A DNA stretch of 64,000 nucleotides from Candidatus Bathyarchaeota archaeon (GTDB taxonomy: Archaea > Thermoproteota > Bathyarchaeia > TCS64). Shown here piece after piece: positions 38,663 to 48,500 of this stretch. Where the stretch lies: contig JAFGHP010000091.1 in assembly GCA_016930055.1 (NCBI GenBank), positions 2,187-66,186 on the forward strand, written 5' to 3'. Below the pieces are notes generated by a model, which did not search any database, had not been told where the DNA came from, and worked only from the letters and a program-made list of their open reading frames with translations. Numbering within the stretch: the stretch's first letter is position 1; each line of letters begins with the position of its first letter. The translations under genes and the position numbers were made by a program.

Positions 38663-39114
38663 TTTTTGATTAAATCTTTTATTTTTCCGATCTTTTCAAT
38701 TTTTTCTGGTTTATTATTAAAAATTAAATGTAGATAAATTTCTGTATCAATATGGTTTGGTAATGAGAATAGAAATTCTTTATCACCGAAGTATATTGCT
38801 TCAATTACTAAAGGGAGTTCTCGTTTAAAGATGACTTCTCGAAAATTTTCTGTTCCAAATATTAAACCTCCACTTATATGACAATAAAGATGTAATTTAT
38901 AGTAATTGTCATCTTGGATAAATTCAGCTAAAACCTCATCACGCATTAATCGTGTATATAATCCTGAAATTTGTTTATTATTATATTCTGACGCTATTGT
39001 TAGATATAAGTCGCCACTTAAGTCAGAATGTGTTAAAGTATATTTACGATTAGCGTTAAAACCAAGTTCTTTATTTATTGTTACATGAAGTTTTTGTGGG
39101 TTTAATCTATTCAA
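38659..39114 (-). CDS. Hypothetical protein.
   Basis: ORF only. Confidence 0.3.
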   Translation of the reverse strand: MNRLNPQKLHVTINKELGFNANRKYTLTHSDLSGDLYLTIASEYNNKQISGLYTRLMRDEVLAEFIQDDNYYKLHLYCHISGGLIFGTENFREVIFKRELPLVIEAIYFGDKEFLFSLPNHIDTEIYLHLIFNNKPEKIEKIGKIKDLIKN

Positions 39115-39176
39115 TCTATGAAAGATTAGTAACAGCGGTTAATATTTAATATCCAAAAATTAAAAGATTAGTGAAA

Positions 39177-41033
39177 TTATATTCTGAGTTTTTTTAGAGC
39201 TTCATCAACGTCTTCAAGTCCTAAAGATTTTAATTCAGTTGAAGTAGGTATACCTTTTTCATCCCAGCCCATAGCTTCATATGCGTCTTTTCTTTCAATC
39301 ATCAATTGGTCTCTATTAGGGGCAGAGCCTTTAAAGGGTCCACTAGGTAATGGGATATACCATCTAGGGGGATTATCATCGTGGATTTCTGGTTCCCAGA
39401 ATAAATCTGGTCCACCTAGCAATAGAACGGCGCGTTGTATCTGTATTATTCTTCTACCATTGATATTAGTCCATTCTTCTGCATTCATATCCCAACCTGT
39501 TACTGCTTTATAGAAGTCCCATTCAATATTTCTTAATCCTGAGGGCCCAGATATTGTGCAATAAACTAAGGAGTCTCCTATTGCGCTTCTGGCTTCACTC
39601 ATAGGAGGCCTAGGGATTGAAGTATGATCACCACCCTGAACTGAAAGTGCGTAGCCCAGATAAGGGAAGTGAGATCCGGTTCTAATTCCATGTGCACCAA
39701 CTTCTATTCCTTTATATTGAATAGCATATTGCAGTGCATCAACATTCTTCATCTTTGATATTTCTATAGCTGCCCTGTAAGTTCCTTCTGCTAAGATATT
39801 ACCAATTCCTCTACGTTCAACGATAAGTTTAACTAAATCTGTCATTGCTTGAGGATCCCCCCATCTGGGTTCAATCCCATCAAAATCTTCTTTAGTTAAT
39901 ATACCCCTCTGGAAAAGTTCTGCAGCAAAACCAATTGTGTTAGCTGAGTTTATGCCACTCATACCAACATCATCTATTAAACTAGACATATATACAACTC
40001 CATCAGGATCAAAAATCCCTAAGTTTGTACCACAATATGCTTCAAGTTCATAATCAGGACTATCTGTAATTGCACCTTTCAAGGGTCCAACTTTTACTAC
40101 ACTTATTTTCATACAGGATTTACAGCACCCATAATCACTCCAAAAACGCTTTACCCAGTTTCTAGTTTCATATTGTACTATCCCCATACTTTTTTTGTTG
40201 TGCCATTCTTCCTGCCAGTTTCTAACTGGTTCAGCACTACTTTGGGCACCTGTAGAATACCCCATCGAAGCAGTTCCCCAGTTACGTTCTTGGGGATTAG
40301 AAAATTGAGTACTCCAACATTTATGAATAAGTTCAGTAAGCATTTTCTGATCATATACATCAGGTAATTTACCAGTTCCTTTAGCTACAAGCGCTTTAAG
40401 ATTTTTTGAGCCCATTACTGCACCATAACCACCGTAGCCACAAGCGTGAGTCCATTTCTGCATAATTGCTGCGTTTCTAACTAAATTTTCCCCGGCTTGA
40501 CCAATATATAGTAGAGCAGGTTCTTTCCATAAACCATAGTTTGGTTTTCTTTTCTGAAGAAGCTCTCTTACTTCTTTATTTACTTCTTTTATAGTATTTT
40601 TTCCATCTAACCCCCATAGTTTTGAGGCATCTCTAATTTCAACGCCGTCATCAGTTACGAGAAGATATACCGGCGTCTCAGATTTACCTTTAACAATAAT
40701 ACCATCATAACCAGCACATTTCAGTTCCATTGGAAATTCACCCGCAGCAGTAGAACCAACAATTCCATTCGAAAGAGGAGATTTTCCTGTGCAACAAATC
40801 CTCATACCATAAATATATCCAGTTAAAGGCCCTGTAAGTGCAAGTAGTAAATTATCTGGACCCAAGGGATCAATGGTCTGCCATTTTGATCCTAAACGAT
40901 CCCATAATATTTTTACACCTAGACCTCGTCCACCAACATATTCTTTTAAAATTTTTTCATTTATATGTAAATCAGAAATTTTACTTATCGAAAGATCTAC
41001 TTCAGCAATTTTTCCAGTGTATCCATATGTCAT
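39177..41033 (-). CDS. aor: Tungsten-containing aldehyde:ferredoxin oxidoreductase-family protein.
   Basis: The N-terminus YGYTGKIAEVDLS...GGRGLGVKIL closely matches AOR. 618 aa. Confidence 0.85.
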   Translation of the reverse strand: MTYGYTGKIAEVDLSISKISDLHINEKILKEYVGGRGLGVKILWDRLGSKWQTIDPLGPDNLLLALTGPLTGYIYGMRICCTGKSPLSNGIVGSTAAGEFPMELKCAGYDGIIVKGKSETPVYLLVTDDGVEIRDASKLWGLDGKNTIKEVNKEVRELLQKRKPNYGLWKEPALLYIGQAGENLVRNAAIMQKWTHACGYGGYGAVMGSKNLKALVAKGTGKLPDVYDQKMLTELIHKCWSTQFSNPQERNWGTASMGYSTGAQSSAEPVRNWQEEWHNKKSMGIVQYETRNWVKRFWSDYGCCKSCMKISVVKVGPLKGAITDSPDYELEAYCGTNLGIFDPDGVVYMSSLIDDVGMSGINSANTIGFAAELFQRGILTKEDFDGIEPRWGDPQAMTDLVKLIVERRGIGNILAEGTYRAAIEISKMKNVDALQYAIQYKGIEVGAHGIRTGSHFPYLGYALSVQGGDHTSIPRPPMSEARSAIGDSLVYCTISGPSGLRNIEWDFYKAVTGWDMNAEEWTNINGRRIIQIQRAVLLLGGPDLFWEPEIHDDNPPRWYIPLPSGPFKGSAPNRDQLMIERKDAYEAMGWDEKGIPTSTELKSLGLEDVDEALKKLRI

Positions 41034-41560
41034 TTTGTTAATTCCTCTCCCTTTTCTCCGTAAAGGTTTATAGCAATATTTTTGGTAAGTTCTTCTGGAT
41101 TGATAGAATAAAGATCATAATTAATTGATGTACTTCTAGTTCCCATCATAATGCATCCATAGCTACATGCTTTAACACATTCAGGTTCTCCACCACAAAG
41201 ATCACAAATCACTATATGGTTTTTTTCTGGATGCATGTGTGGGACTTGTCCAGGGCATGCTTTTATACAAGCACCACAAGCTATGCATTTTTCTTCATCT
41301 ACAATAACTGCTCCCGTTTTCTCATCAACCGATAAAGCTTTTGTAGGGCAAACTCCAACACAGGGATAATCACTACATTGGGTGCATACATGTGGAACTT
41401 CTGCACCTGGTACCAACATGAACACTCTAATCCTGGAGGACTCGGGCCAGATACGTCCCTCGTGTTTAAGACTGCAAGCTATTTCACATAGTCTACAACC
41501 ACTACACTTTAAATAATCTCTAACAATCCAAGGTTTCTGAATAGGCATTGGTCTGCTCAA
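41030..41560 (-). CDS. 4Fe-4S poly-ferredoxin-like electron-transfer subunit, AorA-type partner of AOR.
   Basis: Four Cys boxes are present: CSGCRLCEIAC, CTQCSDYPCVGVCP, CIACGACIKACP and CDLCGG..CVKAC. It overlaps aor by 4 nt. Confidence 0.75.
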   Translation of the reverse strand: MSRPMPIQKPWIVRDYLKCSGCRLCEIACSLKHEGRIWPESSRIRVFMLVPGAEVPHVCTQCSDYPCVGVCPTKALSVDEKTGAVIVDEEKCIACGACIKACPGQVPHMHPEKNHIVICDLCGGEPECVKACSYGCIMMGTRSTSINYDLYSINPEELTKNIAINLYGEKGEELTK

Positions 41561-41651
41561 ATCTATAATCTATGTATTTACCAATCATGGAATATGGACT
41601 TTTCCATTAATAATGCAATAAATTTTTAATTTTAAGACTCTGAGAATTAAT

Positions 41652-41894
41652 TTGGAAAGGTTGATTGAATTAACTATTCGTCTTTATGGCGATTTAAAAA
41701 ATAAGTTACAAATTAAAAATAAATTAATTATTAATTTAGAATCAAATTTAAAAATAATTGATTTAATCAAAAAATTAGACTTAACCCAAGACGATGTTTT
41801 TGTAACATTAGTAAATAGTAAAGCAGTAAATTTTGAATATAAATTAAAAGAAGGCGATATAATAGACATTTTTCCATCCTTAATTGGAGGCTAG
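41652..41894 (+). CDS. MoaD/ThiS/SAMP-type ubiquitin-like sulfur carrier ending in Gly-Gly.
   Basis: 80 aa, predicted beta-grasp, with a C-terminal ...FPSLIGG-stop. TTG start. Confidence 0.55.
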   Translation: MERLIELTIRLYGDLKNKLQIKNKLIINLESNLKIIDLIKKLDLTQDDVFVTLVNSKAVNFEYKLKEGDIIDIFPSLIGG

Positions 41895-42000
41895 TGTAAA
41901 ACCATATTATAATTAAAGAAATTTTTACATTTTTGACAGTTTTTTAGGTTTAATTATATTTTTAGTCGCAACAAATTTATCGTAATTCAAACATATTTTA

Positions 42001-43200
42001 TTGATGTCTGTAAAAGATCTTGTTAGAAATGAATTAAAGCAACGTGTCCAAGTTTCATCAACAAGGCAGAGATATGTTGATCCACCTAATATGATTAGTT
42101 TGGCAGCGGGTGACCCAAACTTTCTATTGCCAGACTATATTGCTGATGCTATAAGTGCTGCAATAAAGGGTGGATGTAACCATTATTGTTTTGGTGATGA
42201 AGCCGAATTAAAAGAAGCTATAAGCAATTATTACAGTAAATATGGTTATAAAGCTCCACCAAACCTTATTACGATCACAAGTGGTGGAAACCCCAGCTTA
42301 AATCAAGCCTATGCAGCGATATTAAATGCAGGAGATGAAAACATAACCCCTGATCCCTCTTATGGTGGGGGTGGAGGAATGATGCGGTATCTTTCTGTTA
42401 AGAATGTGCATGCACCAATGAAAAAAGTAAACGGACTTTTCCGTATAGATCTTGAAGCCCTTAAGAAAGCAATTACCCCAAAAACTAAGTCGTTATATCT
42501 TGATAATCCGGGAAACCCATCAGGAGCAGTTTTTACTAAAGAAGAACTCAAAGGAATAGCTGATTTAGCAATTGATCATAACTTTTTTGTTGTTTCTGAT
42601 GAAACATATTCAGAATATGTTTGGGATGGTCACAAACACGAATGCTTAATTGCTATACCCGGAATGGAAAATAGAACTCTAGTATGTATGGCAATGACAA
42701 AAATGTATTCATGGGCAGGAATGAGAACAGGTTGGGTTATTACAGGTCCAGAATTAGCACCATATGTTGCTAGTGCTCCTTCGGGATCAGTCTCTTGGCC
42801 AATACAAAAAGGGGCAGTAAAAGCTCTAACTGAAGGCTATGAATATGTAGAAACAATCAAAAAAGAATATGAAGAAAGATTAGATTATGCAACTAAAAGG
42901 TTAAACGAACTCCCAGGAATCAAATGTACTAAACCTGAGGGCGCTTTCTATCTATTTCCAGATATTTCAGGTACAGGAATGACATCACAAGAATTCGGTG
43001 AAAAGTTACGTGAAGAAGAAGCAATACGCATTTCAGGTAGCATGTATGGTCCAGGGAATGCTAAAGGACATATACGTCTATCAATGATAGTTCCATTATC
43101 TTACCAAAAGACTCCTTCATGGTATGAAGTAACAAAAGACAAAACTTTAGAATCAGCTATGGATCGCATAGAAAAATTTGTTAAAAGACATGTAAAATAA
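42001..43200 (+). CDS. Class I/II PLP-dependent aminotransferase, aspartate/aromatic-type.
   Basis: NPGNPSG and the PLP-Lys box TKMYSWAGMRTGW are present. Confidence 0.85.
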   Translation: MMSVKDLVRNELKQRVQVSSTRQRYVDPPNMISLAAGDPNFLLPDYIADAISAAIKGGCNHYCFGDEAELKEAISNYYSKYGYKAPPNLITITSGGNPSLNQAYAAILNAGDENITPDPSYGGGGGMMRYLSVKNVHAPMKKVNGLFRIDLEALKKAITPKTKSLYLDNPGNPSGAVFTKEELKGIADLAIDHNFFVVSDETYSEYVWDGHKHECLIAIPGMENRTLVCMAMTKMYSWAGMRTGWVITGPELAPYVASAPSGSVSWPIQKGAVKALTEGYEYVETIKKEYEERLDYATKRLNELPGIKCTKPEGAFYLFPDISGTGMTSQEFGEKLREEEAIRISGSMYGPGNAKGHIRLSMIVPLSYQKTPSWYEVTKDKTLESAMDRIEKFVKRHVK

Positions 43201-43532
43201 AGTCCCTTTAATTTTTTTTATTATATTTAATTATAGTTTATTCAATGGAAAATTTCTAATAAACTGAACGATTTTTTTACATTTTAGAAAAAATATTTAA
43301 AAATATTCTATTAATTGAAAATATGTTTTTCTGTAAATAAAATATTTTAAACATTTAAAAATCGAATTAATCTAAAAAGTTTTTAAATATAAAGAAAAAT
43401 ACATGAATAATTAAAAAATAATTAATAAAAAAGTATAGAAATTACTCATATTTTTAAATTTAATAGGAGTAGTGATACAGTTTAAAAGTCCATAACATCT
43501 TTAAGAATCAGTCATTATTAAATTTTTATGTA

Positions 43533-44261
43533 ATGACTATAATTCATAAAAAGCATAGAGGTATTACATCTCTTGTAATTATAGTTTTTATGTTAGTGTT
43601 TTTATCTTCTGCTTCAGCTGTCTACCTATTTACTGATGTTTTTAAACCTAAAAATGAAGAAATGACTGGTTCATCATTAGATTCTATTAAAGTTTTAAAT
43701 GATGCTTTCAATGATCTTGAAAAAAGTGGATGTACTATTGTTGAAGTGGAATCAATGCCAAGTGGTTCAATAGAATTGTTAAATTCATATTCAGATTTTA
43801 AAAATTCGCTAAAAACACAAACAGTATATTGTTTTGCCGAATCAAATAGATGTTCCATTTTTTTTGAAAAAGATAATAAAATATTTGTATGGTCTCCTCA
43901 AAAATGGGAAAAAATAAAGTTAATTAAAGAAAGTTGCGACCTTCAGACTCCAGGTTGGTTAATAACACTAGAAATTAAAAATTCCGGTAACGGTCCCATA
44001 CAAATTTCAAAAATTTATGTAGCAGGCGACGAAATTGCTGGTATTAATTTTAATACTGATAATTATGTCCCACTTTCTACTTCTTGTACTATTAAAAATA
44101 ATGTGAGTTTAGAACCTAATGAAAAAATTATTTTAGAAATTAGAGTAAGTAATTATTATAAATATCTCAAAATTGGCTCAGTGTGTGAAATAAAAATATA
44201 TACAATATCAGGTTACTCTATTAAAAGAATAATAAATTTTGTATCAAATAATAATAACTAA
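43533..44261 (+). CDS. Putative type IV pilin-like surface protein with a class III signal-peptide-like N-terminus.
   Basis: N-terminal basic stretch HKKHRG followed by a hydrophobic helix ITSLVIIVFMLVF. Confidence 0.35.
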   Translation: MTIIHKKHRGITSLVIIVFMLVFLSSASAVYLFTDVFKPKNEEMTGSSLDSIKVLNDAFNDLEKSGCTIVEVESMPSGSIELLNSYSDFKNSLKTQTVYCFAESNRCSIFFEKDNKIFVWSPQKWEKIKLIKESCDLQTPGWLITLEIKNSGNGPIQISKIYVAGDEIAGINFNTDNYVPLSTSCTIKNNVSLEPNEKIILEIRVSNYYKYLKIGSVCEIKIYTISGYSIKRIINFVSNNNN

Positions 44262-44337
44262 TCATTCTTATGAAATTTCATAATATATATTTTCTATCCA
44301 TAATAGGTTAATTAAAGGATTTATTAAATTTTCATTA

Positions 44338-45504
44338 ATGAGACAGAAATTATTGTTAGTAATCGGATTATTGCTTGGAGTTCTATTAACAATCGCCTGC
44401 TCTAATTTTATTGATACTAATGTTTTTAATTTTAATGGGAAAAAAGTAAATGAACTCACAGAAATTAATGAGATTTTAACAAATGAATTAAATTATCTTA
44501 GAGAACAATATGAAGAACTTTTAGAAAATTATACTCAACTCCAGTTAAAATATTATATGAACATTAGTCAAGAGGATAAAAGTTTAATAAATAATGAATT
44601 AATTTATGAAGGAAAAGGCATTAATAGAAATTATTCTTGGTATTTTAATTATAATAAATGGACATTATCATTGTCAATTCCTGAAGAATTATATATTTAT
44701 TATAAAACTCTATCAAGAACCCCTTCCTCAGATTATTCCATATATGTTACACATCCTTATGATGATGTATATATTGACTTATTGTTAGTAAAATTAAATG
44801 AAATATCTGTTTTAAATGGGTTTTCTGATTTTAATAAAATTGGTTTAGTAATTTCATTTATTCAAAGCCTTCAATATACATCTGATTCAATATCTACTGG
44901 ATATGATGAATACCCACGTTACCCAATAGAGACTTTAGTAGATTATGGTGGAGACTGTGAGGATACATCAATTTTAGCAGCAGCACTTTTTAAAGCTCTG
45001 GGAAAAGAAGTCGTTTTATTAATGTTGCCAAATCATCTTGCAGTGGGAATTGCTGAAGTAACAAGTCAAGGATATTATTACCAATATAATGGAAAAGACT
45101 ACTATTATCTGGAAACAACTGGTGAAGGCTGGGATATTGGAGAATTACCTGAAGAATATCAAGAGTCTACAGCTAAAATTTTTGAACTTCTTCCTATACC
45201 TGTTATTTTTCATACTTGGGTTTCAACTTGGGAATTCTCAAAAATAATACTTACAATAACAGTTGAAAACTTAGGAACAGCTATAGCTCAAAATTATTAT
45301 GTTGAAGCAGGCTTTGATGCAGGTAATGATTCTTGGTGGAATTCTCAGAAAAGCCAGTATTTTAATATAACAATTGATGGAAAAATTAAATTAACATTAG
45401 TTCTTCAACCACCTAAAAATCAATATACAAGACTAATTGTACAGATTTTAAATTCAGAGAGTAAATGTGTTGATATCAGTTACTCTAAATGGTTTACTAC
45501 TTAA
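44338..45504 (+). CDS. Transglutaminase-like (papain-fold) domain lipoprotein.
   Basis: Signal peptide with a lipobox-like LLTIAC. DYGGDCEDTS carries the Cys of the core, and PNHLAVG the His. Confidence 0.6.
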   Translation: MRQKLLLVIGLLLGVLLTIACSNFIDTNVFNFNGKKVNELTEINEILTNELNYLREQYEELLENYTQLQLKYYMNISQEDKSLINNELIYEGKGINRNYSWYFNYNKWTLSLSIPEELYIYYKTLSRTPSSDYSIYVTHPYDDVYIDLLLVKLNEISVLNGFSDFNKIGLVISFIQSLQYTSDSISTGYDEYPRYPIETLVDYGGDCEDTSILAAALFKALGKEVVLLMLPNHLAVGIAEVTSQGYYYQYNGKDYYYLETTGEGWDIGELPEEYQESTAKIFELLPIPVIFHTWVSTWEFSKIILTITVENLGTAIAQNYYVEAGFDAGNDSWWNSQKSQYFNITIDGKIKLTLVLQPPKNQYTRLIVQILNSESKCVDISYSKWFTT

Positions 45505-45519
45505 TCTAAATCATTTTGT

Positions 45520-48500
45520 TTAAGTTAAAACAAATAAATCATTATTAAAAATTATTTTACCCTCACTTATCATATCTTCGAGAATATTTGAAATTGTTTC
45601 AAATGTTTTCTGAGTTTTTTTTATTTTATAAATTTTTAGCGTTTGTTGAATTAATGAGTTTATACCTAATCCTAAACTGTGTTCTAATATTTTTTCAATA
45701 GCTATCATAATTTCTTCAGGTGCAATATACTCAATTTTACGAATTGTATTTTTTCTTCCCTCTTTGGGGATTCTAAGTTTAGCTATTTTATTTTTTGATG
45801 CCCACAAAAAATCTTCACTTTTAAAGATTTTATCTTTTTTTATTAACTCGTTAAGAGTATTATAAAAAATATTTTTATGTTTAAAAGTTACTGGTTTGAC
45901 TTTTAAAAGATTATTTGAACGTTTATAAGCTAATTCTTGATGTATTGGTTCTTCTACTTCAACTAATTTTGGTAATAATTGTAAAATTTCTTGTTTATAA
46001 AAGCGTTCATAAAGGGTTTTTTGATCTTTTTTTATTTTATTAAATGTAATTTTTGGAGTAATATCAGTTATAACATATTCTACTGCTCCTGGTAGTTTAG
46101 AACTTTCAAGTTCTGTAATTATTTTATAATTGATTTTATTTATTGTTTCTTTTTTGTTTTTACTAATATTTAATTTTCTGATATTTCTTGATTCTTCAGC
46201 TTGTTTTAATGCTTGAGAAAGACGATCTATTTCAGAAGAATGTCTTATAACCCATTCTGGTGACCAAATTCTATAAATGTTCCAACCCATATTTTCCAAT
46301 ATTTGTATTCTTAACCGATCTCTATCTCTTACAGTTGGAATGGATGAATAGTATTCTCCATCAATTAAAATTCCTAAAATGTATTTTTCTGGCTCTTCTT
46401 TAATTTTCACACCAATATCTATTTTAAGTCTACTTTCACCAATATTTGTAACAGCTACATATCCAAGTTTCCGTATCTCTTCTACAACTTCTTTTTCAAT
46501 ATCTGTCACGTCTTCGGGTTTAGATATTATTGCATTGAACCTTTTTTGTAGTTGAGTCTCAGCATATTGTAAATATTCATGTAAGCATTTTATACCTAAA
46601 GAATTTGTAGAATTAACATTAATATCGCTTGATTTAATTGAACTAACAAGAATTACTTTTTCTTTTGCTCGAGTAATTGCTACATTTAAGCGACGTTCAC
46701 CACCTTCTTTGTTTAATGGACCAAAATTAAGGGTCATAATTTTATTTTTATCGTAACCGTATCCTACGCTAATTATCATTACATCTCTTTCATCACCTTG
46801 AACATTCTCAAGATTCTTAACGAAAAAACCTTGTAACCTATCTTCTTGAATGAATTTTCCATAGTCACCATTATTTTTTAAACGGTTTTCAATTTCATCT
46901 TTAACACAGTTCATCTGGTTTATGCTAAATGTTACAACTCCTAGAGACTTATTAGGAGTTTTTTTAAAGTGATTGAACACTAAATCTGCGACAACCTCAG
47001 CTTCAGTGAAATTAGTTCTAGTTCCTCCTCGATCATATAAGCCATTTTGAACATGAACAAAGTCTATACCTAAATCTTCTCCTTGATGTATTGCTGAAGG
47101 AAAGAGAATTAATTTTCCATCATAAAATTTGTTATTTGAAAAAGAAATTAAAGAATCATGTTTGCTTCGATAATGCCATTGTAACATTTTAGTTGGTAAG
47201 CCAATTGACATACACTCATCAAGTACACTATCATAGACACCGATATCTTCACTATTTTCATCCCAATCATTATCTGTATCAGCTACATATTGGAAGAATG
47301 GGGTAGGAGGAAGTTGTTTATTATCTCCAGCAACTATTAGACAGTCTCCTCTATAAATTGCTCCAACAGAGTCTTCAGTGAATATTTGTGATGCTTCATC
47401 AAATATGACTAAATCAAAATGTAATCTTTCGGGAATAACGAATTGACTTACACTTATTGGACTCATTAATAAACAGGGTTTTAATTTTCGTATAAGATTA
47501 GGTATTTTATCAAAAAGATGACGTATAGGCATTTGTCTCCTTTTCTTTGCAGCTTCTCTCAGGAGAATGCTGATTTCAGAATCTGATGCTTCTACAAAAA
47601 TACCCTGAGGTTTATTTGTATTAGCAATTTCAATAATCTTATTTGGAGATGTTTCAATTAAGACTTTATCAAGATTAATAAAATCCTGAACAATATAATT
47701 GTGATCTTTAACTCTAAAATTTTTTAAATTAATATCGTCTTCAAGAAATTGTGTAAGCAAACCATTAAAAATTGATTTCTTAAAAACATCAACAATAATA
47801 TTTTTATCAATTTTTTTCTCGTAAATCTGTGTTAAAAACTGATCAAATCCTTCATCACATAGTTTTTTGGATGTATCATTAAAATCAACCCAGTATTGAA
47901 GATCGTCTATTCTTGATAAAAATTGATCTGCCACATTAAGAACTTCATATAAATACAAATCATTTGGATTATTATTCCAAAATTGTTTTGTAAAACGATA
48001 ATTTAATTCGTTAATTGATTGTTTAATTAATTTTAGATTCTGTTCTAATTTCAATTGGATCCTATTTAATGAAGGATCTGTAACTTTTTGTATTAGTTCA
48101 TTTGAAGGAGGAGAATCTAATAATAATAAAAAGCTGCGGGTCCAATCAATGCTTTCAATAACTTTTGTCCAATCTGTAGAAATTCCGTGATAAAGATTTC
48201 CATAAATTTGCTTTAAACTAAACGTTTTTTTAGCTTCATCAGATTCAAAGTCTTGTATTTTTTCTGTTTTTTTGAGGTCATCAATCAATTGGTTAAAACT
48301 TGAAGGTAAATCAGATATTTTAGTAATTAAAGCTGGCTGACTTGTATTATTTAAAATCTTAAGAAGCAGATTAAGTTCTGTTGCCCATTTTTCTAATTCA
48401 TATAGGCTTGCTTCAGTTAAGGGGGTATTGGTATTAGGGATTTTTATTGGTAATAATTCTTTTAGATTTTTTTTATCAGCCATCCAAGAATTCAGATTAC

